Part shown: one piece after another, positions 17,607-26,100 of the stretch | Layout of the letters: each line of letters starts with the position of its first letter | Position numbering within the stretch: position 1 is the first letter of the stretch | Assembly (NCBI GenBank): GCA_016931955.1 | Contig: JAFGDV010000006.1 | Span: forward strand, 1-30,241 | Direction of reading: 5' to 3' | Source: Candidatus Altiarchaeota archaeon | GTDB lineage: Archaea > Altiarchaeota > Altiarchaeia > IMC4 > QMZM01 | Length of the DNA: 30,241 nt | Program-made: the position numbers and the translations under genes | The notes under the pieces: model-generated | Told to the model about the DNA's origin: nothing | The model's input: only the letters and a program-made list of their open reading frames with translations | The model's database searches: none

Positions 17607-18316
17607 CTTTCCTCAGAATAAGAAACGTTGAGAAATCATTCGGCAGAAAGAAGGCGATATCAGAGCTCTCATTGGAGGTAGAGCAAAATGAGATCATCGG
17701 AGTACTCGGACCCTCAGGCTGCGGGAAGACGACTCTTCTCAGGATTATCGCAGGCCTTGAAGTACCCGACAGAGGAGAGATAATCATCAACGGAAGCACA
17801 GTTTACTCCAAGCGTACATTCATAACGCCTGAGAAGAGGAATGTTGGCATGGTGTTCCAGGATTTTGCGTTGTGGCCGCATATGACTGTGAGAGAGCATA
17901 TAGGCTTTGTGTTAGAGTCGCGAAAGATTAAAAAAGATGAAAAAATCAGTGAAATACTGAGGTTATTGTATCTTGGATCACTGGCTGGGTCTTATCCTGA
18001 ACAGCTTTCTGGTGGAGAGAAGCAGAGGGTCGCGATAGCGAGGGTTCTGGCTCAGGAGCCCAGGATCCTGTTATTGGATGAACCTGCGTCTAACCTTGAC
18101 CAGATCCTCAAGAGAGAGTTCAAGGATGAGCTGCTTAGGCTGAGGGAAGTTCTTAAGGTGACAGTAGTCTATGTCACCCACAACTACCTTGAACTGCTTG
18201 GTCTAGCTGACAAGATCACTGTAATGAAAGACGGCAGAATAATCCAAGAGGGTAAAACAGACGAAGTCTACGAAAATCCTGGAAATGGGTTCGTAGCCAG
18301 CCTCTTCAATAAATAG
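17603..18316 (+). CDS. ABC transporter ATP-binding protein
   Basis: Walker A GPSGCGKT, Q-loop VFQDFAL, LSGGE signature, Walker B LLLDEP, H-loop VTH. Confidence 0.95.
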   Translation: MTFLRIRNVEKSFGRKKAISELSLEVEQNEIIGVLGPSGCGKTTLLRIIAGLEVPDRGEIIINGSTVYSKRTFITPEKRNVGMVFQDFALWPHMTVREHIGFVLESRKIKKDEKISEILRLLYLGSLAGSYPEQLSGGEKQRVAIARVLAQEPRILLLDEPASNLDQILKREFKDELLRLREVLKVTVVYVTHNYLELLGLADKITVMKDGRIIQEGKTDEVYENPGNGFVASLFNK

Positions 18317-18321
18317 TATCC

Positions 18322-18342
18322 AAAAAAAAACGAACTTATTAA
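18322..18342 (+). promoter_or_regulatory. Putative BRE/TATA promoter
   Basis: A-run and CGAAC, then TTATTAA at 18336-18342, about 27 nt upstream of ATG 18369 (consistent with a leaderless mRNA). Confidence 0.45.
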
Positions 18343-18368
18343 CCAAAAAGATTTAATCTATAAAGAAT

Positions 18369-21300
18369 ATGAAAAAAACTCTGTTACTCTTAAGTTCATT
18401 TTTATTGATTCTTCTAGTTCTAAATACGGTTAACGCAGCAGATACTGATGGAGATGGAGTTCCTGACGCCTCAGATAATTGCCCCAGTGATCCAAACCCT
18501 GGACAGGACGACCTCGATGAAGACGACGTTGGGGATGTATGCGACTGCGATGCTGACGGTGACGGAGTTGACGCTGATGAGCCTATCAAAGGCTGTTTCG
18601 GTACAGACTGTAACGATTTTAATAAAGATGTTGTTTCAAAGATAACCTGTTATGTGGACTGCGACGACGACAACTTCGGAGACCCAGCAGTATCAACGAC
18701 TCAATGTAAACAATGGTGCACGCAGATTATACTGCCAATAATATGCCTTAATAACGACTGGGTGCCTAATGACGATGACTGCGATGATGATCCTTTAGCA
18801 TGCGGCGCATACTGCTACCCAGGAGGTACAGAGGATACGTGTAACGACTGGGATGAGAACTGTAACGGGATGGCTGATGACGACCCCCCAGACGGCGACG
18901 GAGACGGGCATACAATCTGCGATGGAGACTGCAATGACGGCGACGGCACTGTCTGGGATACGATAGACTGTTACCCGGACTGTGACGGAGACCATCAAGG
19001 AAATCAATTTAGTCCAGCAACGACCGCATGTGTGCTAAAATGCTCTGATCTACCACTTACATGCAACGGATTTGTTTACGTAGACAATAAACTGGACTGC
19101 GACGACTCCAACGGAAACACCTTCTTCAACGCGCCGGAGTCATGTGACGGCATAGACAACAACTGCCCAAATGATGGGGGATATGGGCTATGCGATGAAG
19201 GCTGCGACGATGACGACGATGACTACTGCGACTGGACAACGACTTTTGTCGCCCACGCTCTGAACGCCTGTGGACTAGGCACCTGTCCTGGGGGAAATGA
19301 TAACCTTTGCCGATGCAACAAAGCAGGCGACTGCAAAGATAATGATAATAAGGTATTCCCCCAGGCCATAGCCTCTGAAGGCGATACAGCCTACTGCGGA
19401 GTTGATAGTGACGGCGACGGCATTCTCGACTGCTGTGATGGAATAGACAACGACTGCGACGGTAGAACCGATGAAGGCTGCCCCATGCCGTATCCAAGCC
19501 TCCAGGTCAACAATAGTCTAAATGTTGTGATTATTCCTTATCAGGCAATGCAGTGGTGTGATCTGAGCTACTGGAGTGGTTCGGCGATGGTTACAAAATG
19601 TTACTACCATATTGGAGGAGACGCCGACTTCAAGGACGCAGGCGACTACAAGGTAGCGATAGACTGGGATGTTGAGCCTGTTTATAAAACAGGGAGCTTT
19701 ATTGTCACAATAAACCATGACACACAACAACAATCCTGCGATTGCTTTTATCCCGACGACTGCATGGGACTGTCGTGCTGGCTTCCCGGTTCTGCTCTCA
19801 ACCCTGACTGGAACATGCCAGGCCTGGAAAAATTCTGCTGCGGCGACGACGAAAACGAAATCTATGTTGGAGGCACGGACGGAACATTCGCCTGCTGCGA
19901 CAACAAGAAGGAAGATGGGATAACAAGTCTCGGCGGAGAAGAGTGCGTGATTCATGGAGAATGCCAGAATCGGTTGGTCGGCCCCAACGAGGACGGCAGC
20001 CCCGGACTCTGCAACACTGTAGACGACGACTGCGATGGGATAGTGGACGAAAACTGCATGTGTGATTCCTCCAAGACCAACTGCGACCAAGACCTCGACT
20101 GCCCAACCTACCTGTGCAACGACACCTACGGCAACACTAAATCCTGCTGGAAGGTCGGCGGAGACGCCGACCCAGTGGGGGCGAATGCGTGCTGCGGGAG
20201 TATGACTTCTTCACCTGGATTTCCAAATACGCCGGGAGAGTACTATATCTGGAATCCATGCGATGGAAGCGACGCCTGCTGCGATCAAGCGGGAGAGTGC
20301 GTCCTCGGAGGCGTCTGCATGGGCTTCGTAAAGGTTCCCGGCCCCGAGCCCGCATGCGACTTCATAGACAACGACTGCGACTGCTTGGTGGATGAAGACT
20401 TCGACGTAGACGGGGACGGTTTCCCCTCATGCGCCGGAGACTGCGATGACTTTGATATTCATAGATTCCCCGGCAACCCAGAGATATGCGGCGACGGCAT
20501 AGACCAGGACTGCGATGGAATAGACCCAATATGCGGCAGCCCCGATGAGATAACCCTCGGAAACCTGTGCAGGCTCGTCTACGACACAAGCTACCTACTT
20601 GTCTATATCGCCGCCGCGATAACGGTGCTGTTGCTGGTCATCGGAGGCTTAACGCTCATCGGCTCAGAGGACGTTGAAGCCGCCGCCAAGGCGAAGAGCA
20701 ACATAAAGAACACCGTAATCGGCTTAATCATCGTCTTCGCTTTGCTTGGAGCAGGACACATGCTGGAGCCAGAATGCGTCTACCTGCCGGGGACAGGCTA
20801 CCAGCCGCCCTTCTATTACGGCGAACCCCCGCCTCTGTCGGTGGTTATCTCAACACCAACGGATATGCAATTCTTCGCTCCATCTGAGCTCGTAACATAC
20901 AACGCCGTCATATCCGGTGGCTCGCCCCCCTACGTGTACGTCTGGGACTTCGGAGACGAATCACCGACTGTGTGGGGCAGCATCACCACCTCGGGACCGT
21001 GCGGCGGGGAAACATACAAATACGACGTCAAAGGCAAGGGGAGATACACTGTAAGGATTACAGTCACGGACAGCGCGGGCAGAAAAGCCTGGGATGAGGT
21101 GGACGTCTTAATCGACATGGTGCTTGCTGAAATAGATAAGCCGCCTAACGGATTCATCGGAATCGTGGATGAACCAGTTGACTTCGAGGCGTCAATCTAC
21201 GGAGGAGAACTGCCGTATGCCGCTTGGTCATATGGTTGGTATACCGACGCCGGTGCTTTCCCTGGTGGCACCCTTGAGGACCTGCCTGGTTGGAGCGGTT

Positions 21301-21890
21301 TTCCAGTAAATACCGTAGGCGACTACGTGGTCACTTTTGCTGTCACGGATGCTGGGGGACGGACTTCCTCGGACAGCATCCTGATGAAGATAGTAAGCAA
21401 CGTCCCGAAGATAAAAACTGATTACGCCGATGCTAATTTCGGCTATGACACCATCGCTAGCTGCTGGAAGGCGCTTTGGCTGGCTGAGGACGAGACCATA
21501 ATAAAGTTCAAGGTAGAACCAGTCAACAACCCTTTCAATAATCTGAAAGTCGACGCGAAGGTCGTGGAGACAGGAGACTGTAAGTGGCTCAAGTGCTGTA
21601 AAGCATTTGACAACGAGTTCTACACTTCAACCTTAGGTCCTGTGCCACTTGGTAGTGACAAAGAATTCATTTTTAATAACTTCTGCGTTAGGGTCAAGAA
21701 GCTGGAGATACTGATTGACGGCGACTATTCAGTTGGCGGGGATGAGTGGACGTTCTGCGCCTGCTGCGACGCCGAGAATCCCTCTGATAGATGCCCCGGC
21801 AACTACGACGATGTGCCACCACATGATTTCCATGAATGCAAGGTAGTGCTTGGACGTTGCTCTAACACGGACTGTAGTGCGATACCATAA
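18369..21890 (+). CDS. Asp/Cys-rich surface adhesin: TSP3-like and metal-binding repeats, internal VirB2-like hairpin, PKD-like domains
   Basis: Signal ends VNA; DTDGDGVPDASDNCP..PNPGQ (thrombospondin type 3-like); multiple DC[ND]D...P...E-x-C-x-GID-x-DCDG repeats; hairpin at about 20568-20777; SGGSPPYVYVWDFGD and GRYTVRITVTDSAG (PKD-like). Confidence 0.8.
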   Translation: MKKTLLLLSSFLLILLVLNTVNAADTDGDGVPDASDNCPSDPNPGQDDLDEDDVGDVCDCDADGDGVDADEPIKGCFGTDCNDFNKDVVSKITCYVDCDDDNFGDPAVSTTQCKQWCTQIILPIICLNNDWVPNDDDCDDDPLACGAYCYPGGTEDTCNDWDENCNGMADDDPPDGDGDGHTICDGDCNDGDGTVWDTIDCYPDCDGDHQGNQFSPATTACVLKCSDLPLTCNGFVYVDNKLDCDDSNGNTFFNAPESCDGIDNNCPNDGGYGLCDEGCDDDDDDYCDWTTTFVAHALNACGLGTCPGGNDNLCRCNKAGDCKDNDNKVFPQAIASEGDTAYCGVDSDGDGILDCCDGIDNDCDGRTDEGCPMPYPSLQVNNSLNVVIIPYQAMQWCDLSYWSGSAMVTKCYYHIGGDADFKDAGDYKVAIDWDVEPVYKTGSFIVTINHDTQQQSCDCFYPDDCMGLSCWLPGSALNPDWNMPGLEKFCCGDDENEIYVGGTDGTFACCDNKKEDGITSLGGEECVIHGECQNRLVGPNEDGSPGLCNTVDDDCDGIVDENCMCDSSKTNCDQDLDCPTYLCNDTYGNTKSCWKVGGDADPVGANACCGSMTSSPGFPNTPGEYYIWNPCDGSDACCDQAGECVLGGVCMGFVKVPGPEPACDFIDNDCDCLVDEDFDVDGDGFPSCAGDCDDFDIHRFPGNPEICGDGIDQDCDGIDPICGSPDEITLGNLCRLVYDTSYLLVYIAAAITVLLLVIGGLTLIGSEDVEAAAKAKSNIKNTVIGLIIVFALLGAGHMLEPECVYLPGTGYQPPFYYGEPPPLSVVISTPTDMQFFAPSELVTYNAVISGGSPPYVYVWDFGDESPTVWGSITTSGPCGGETYKYDVKGKGRYTVRITVTDSAGRKAWDEVDVLIDMVLAEIDKPPNGFIGIVDEPVDFEASIYGGELPYAAWSYGWYTDAGAFPGGTLEDLPGWSGFPVNTVGDYVVTFAVTDAGGRTSSDSILMKIVSNVPKIKTDYADANFGYDTIASCWKALWLAEDETIIKFKVEPVNNPFNNLKVDAKVVETGDCKWLKCCKAFDNEFYTSTLGPVPLGSDKEFIFNNFCVRVKKLEILIDGDYSVGGDEWTFCACCDAENPSDRCPGNYDDVPPHDFHECKVVLGRCSNTDCSAIP

Positions 21891-21985
21891 TTCAAGGGTG
21901 CCTGCACGTGCTCTAATGGGGACTTTTCTGATCTAAGAATCCATGTATTTATTCGAAGACTCCATATATTACTTTTATAGAGGAG

Positions 21986-23029
21986 ATGGAATCCAGTAAA
22001 ACAAAGATTGCAGCGATAGCGTTGATTGTTTTTTTGCTTAGCTGTATTGCTCTCCCACAGGAGGAAGACCCCGGCTCAAGCGGCTTGATACTAAGCAAAC
22101 TATTGCAGATACCTGAGCATTTCTTTCTCTATGTGGTGGAGGAGATACTCAAGGCTACCATGAATGCCGTGGTGGATCTCTTGAAGACGATGATCCTCTG
22201 GAATCCTAACCCAGACGATATTAAACCCATGGTAGATGACTTCATAGAGATTCTCATCCCAGTTTATGTGATAATAATCATCGTCTTGGGGATCTACATA
22301 ATCTTTGTATCGATTTCGCCTTCGGGGAGGGCTAAGGCTAAGAGCATGTTCTGGAAGACACTATTGAGTATGATGTTGGTCTCCATATCGCTGGAGATAT
22401 TCAAGATACTCTTAGCCATCTCCGACGCCCTAAGTAACAGGATGCTTGCAGGGGTCGTGACGACGAGGCTCCCCCAGTTTATGATGACGATGGCTATGAA
22501 TCCACACAATCTCTTCTTCCTCTACTTGAATCTCGTCTTCTTCCTCCTGTCGGCGCTTATTGTCATAGCGCTCAGATACATCCTTGTTTTGACGCTCTGC
22601 GCCCTGTTCCCTTTCACGCTGTTCCTGTATTTCTTCGAGTTCACGAAAGAGATAGGCTCCAAACTCCTCAGGTATACATTGATGGCCATATACACTCAGG
22701 TAGTTCAGGCGCTGATGCTGGCTATAACAGTGATATCGATGAATTCATTGAGGACGGGCAGCACCGGCGGAGAGAATATCGTCTACGCGTTCCTCTTCAT
22801 TGCAGGCTCTCTCATGATAGTCTTAGCTCCCTTGATGATGATGGGGATCATGAAGTGGATCGGAGGGGCATTGGCGGGAGCTGGCATGGTCGTCTCGTTC
22901 ATAAACCCCGCACTCGGCGGCATAATGGTGGCTGCTGGCGGGATAGCTGCCGGCATGGGTCCAGGAGCCTTGATCGCTGGTGGAACAGCTACCGGGCTTG
23001 GCTGGGCCTATAGGAAAGGCGGAACATAA
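21986..23029 (+). CDS. VirB6/TrbL-like polytopic membrane protein, paralogue 1
   Basis: GAGGAG RBS; WNP motif; hairpin SPSGRAKAKSMFWK; core RYILVLTLCALFPFTLFLYFF...YTQVVQA; Gly-rich tail. Confidence 0.6.
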   Translation: MESSKTKIAAIALIVFLLSCIALPQEEDPGSSGLILSKLLQIPEHFFLYVVEEILKATMNAVVDLLKTMILWNPNPDDIKPMVDDFIEILIPVYVIIIIVLGIYIIFVSISPSGRAKAKSMFWKTLLSMMLVSISLEIFKILLAISDALSNRMLAGVVTTRLPQFMMTMAMNPHNLFFLYLNLVFFLLSALIVIALRYILVLTLCALFPFTLFLYFFEFTKEIGSKLLRYTLMAIYTQVVQALMLAITVISMNSLRTGSTGGENIVYAFLFIAGSLMIVLAPLMMMGIMKWIGGALAGAGMVVSFINPALGGIMVAAGGIAAGMGPGALIAGGTATGLGWAYRKGGT

Positions 23030-23105
23030 GGAGCATTATCCAAGATCACATCGATGTAGATAACTCACTGGATTGAAAAAAATGCGGAAGCTTGGAGTAT
23101 TTGAT

Positions 23106-26100
23106 ATGAGAGTTCTCGCTGTCGCAATCCTCTTATTGATTATCAGCGGTACCACAGTAGGAGTTCAAGTATGCTCATACGGCAGCGAGACACATGGATG
23201 CACATGGAATCCACTCACGTGGCCGGGCTGCTGGGTTCAGATACTGATGGACATGGGCAACTGCGTCATGATGTTCTTCATCTCCAAGATGGGTGACTTC
23301 ATCTTGATGAACCCTGAGATAAGCGTGTTCGATCCTTTTATCAAAGACATCATCTCCCTTCTGTTCCCAATATACGTGATAGCCATAGCCGTTACCGGAG
23401 TATATGTGATCTTTCTGTCCACTGAACCAGAGCATAGGGCGCGGGCGAAATTGATGCTGATTAGGTTGATAATGGGCATGGCCATGGTAACGGTTTCAAT
23501 GAGCATCTATCAGTTGCTCCTCAACCTCGCTCATGCAATAGCCCAACAAATCCTCGCCAGCCAGGGAGTGACAGCCGGCGGAGGAGGCGGTCTCGCCATA
23601 CTGAGCATCCTGATAGTTGTGAGCGTTGTATTCTTTTACATATCCGCCTGGCTTCTTCCAGTGCTTGCCATAATAGCCCTCATATCCATCGTATTCAGGT
23701 ACTTCATGGTATCCCTTATGGCTGTCCTCTTCCCTTTAACGCTTTTTTTCTACTTCTTCGAGTTCACGAAGGGTATTGGTAGGAACCTGATGAAGTACAC
23801 GATGATGGCTGTCTTCACGCAACCGGTTCAGGCCCTGATGATGGCCATAATGTTGGTCGGCCTCCATAATGTGGAAGCCAGCGGCGGCGGTATTATGGCG
23901 CTCCTTATCGGTTTGGGTGGATTGATCATGATCATCGCCGCCCCATTGTTTATGCTGGGTTTGATGAAGTGGATCGCTGGAACAGTAGCTGGTGCCGGCA
24001 TGATGTTGGCCTTCAAGAGACCTCTTTTTGGCGCTGCACTGGTTATTACTGGCGGAATGGGCACAGGCATGGGCCCAGAAGCCTTCGTAGCGGGTGGCTC
24101 GGCTTGGATCCTAGGTCACCAATACCAGAAACATGGACCAGACAGGGAACACGGAGTATATAATCGCAGAAAGAGTCGCATCAAAAGGGCGACTAAATGG
24201 ATCGCGGGGAGAAAAACCGTCCAGAGGGGTATTAAAGCGTTCAAGAGGACTAGAGCTGGTATGAAGGTAACATCCGGTATGAAGACTCTCAGGTCTAATG
24301 TGGACGCCGCCGGCGACAGCCTCTACAAGTTCAAGACAAAGGTCAAGGCTGGCTGGGTGAGGCATAAGAGAGCGATCGGCTGTTCGATATTCATTCCAGG
24401 CTACTGGATCTACGCTGCCGGCAAAAGCAGGATGGGTGCTTCCATAAAAGCGACCTTAGCGAATAAGAGGTATGCTGCAACCATCACAGCCGTCAAAAAC
24501 GCCACTACTTCAGCGGATGTGATGAACAACGTGCGCGATTTTGGCGGTAAAGACTCCGCAAGGGAACTGGAGAGCACACTCCCCAACAAGGATAAATTAG
24601 TCAAAGACATCGCAGACGCTATTGAAGCCACCGTACAGGCTCGGGGGGGTAGAGCGCCACGCTCATACTATGAGGCCCAAGCGAGGGGTATCGTTAATGG
24701 ATACATGGATACCCTCGACGCCAGGATTATTAGGGATGAGCTTAGGGCGGTGGGCGTGGACAGGAACACTATAGGCTCGATCTTTAAGGGTAACCGTCCA
24801 GTGAACCTGAATCAATTCAAGAGGGATGCTGAGTGGGTCACAGGGAGGGATAAGGCTGTGAAATACGACATCAAGGCGGCGAAGACCTTCAAGGAACTTG
24901 AAGAGATAAATGAAAAATACGGTATCTGGAAGGATAAAGAGTTAGAAGAGATAAGAGAAAAAGCAGCTAAAGGACAGAAAAAGTTGGACTCTGAGGAGAC
25001 AGTCAAGGAAAGAAGAGAAAAAGCAGCTAAAGGAAAGAGAAAGTTGGACTTTAAGGAGACAGTCGAGGAAAGCAGGGAATATGCATTAGAGCATGTGGAA
25101 GAAGAAGTTAGAAGGCAAGTAGAGGATAAGTTCTGCATGTCGGAGAAGGAATTAGACAAAAAAGCTGAGAAGTTGATGAAGGATCACGGAATCACCAAGG
25201 ATGAGGCAAAGGCACATGTAATGAATGAGTTCAATGAAACAGTTGAAAAGAACGTTGAGGAACTGATGAAAAAACCCGAGATGAGGGAGAGGGTGGAGGA
25301 GGAATTCCTGAAATGCATGAAGAAATTGCCGGAGTATCAGGAAGTGGAGAGGTATGTGGAACGTGAGTTGCGCAGGAGCCGGAGGCTGCCTCCTAATGCG
25401 TCCGAAGCAGACGTGAGGAAGGCCGTGGACGCCGAGATGACGAAGATGCTGGATAAGGAGTTGGATGTGATAAAACAAGAAAAAACAGTCGCCGCACAGA
25501 GGGGTATGAGTGGGGGTGATGCTGAGAAGTTCAGACTAAGGGACAAACACGGTGAACTTCGTAAGGCCTTTGACGGCTCCATCGAGGATCTGCCGCTAAG
25601 CATAGACAACCGAAGGGAGGTGATTATGACCTCCAAAGCGAACATGGCTAAGAAGGCTATTGAAACCGCCGGAACAGCTGACGAGATCAATGCTGTTTTG
25701 AAGAGGAACCGTATTCTGCAAAGTGAGTTGGAGGAATCATGCATGAAGGCCTACGGTGTTTCCAGGGCAGACGCACAGGACCAGATGAGACAGTTCTTAG
25801 ACACCCATAAGAGGAGCGCTGAGTTGGCTTTGGAAAACAGAAGGGATAGTCTACTGAAGCGGGAGGGAGCGATTGATGGGATACGTCGGGGAGTTAAGTT
25901 GATCGGTCTGTCGCTCACACCTGCTGGTTGGATCATAACAGCGAAGATCATCGCCGAGGGCAGGAAACCCTTCGCCAGAGGCCTTCAGCGGACTGGCTTA
26001 GCCGTTAGAACCCGGATGGAAGAATCATACAGGGGGAGGCGGATGCTGTCTAGGTGGGATGCAGGCAAACGCCGTGCCGGGGCGAAGTTGGCAGGGGCGA

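Noticed and set aside
18369-20540. CRISPR array or DGR template/variable repeats
   Set aside because: Repeats are degenerate coding repeats; no constant repeat-spacer pattern, no reverse transcriptase, no adenine-specific mismatch pair seen.
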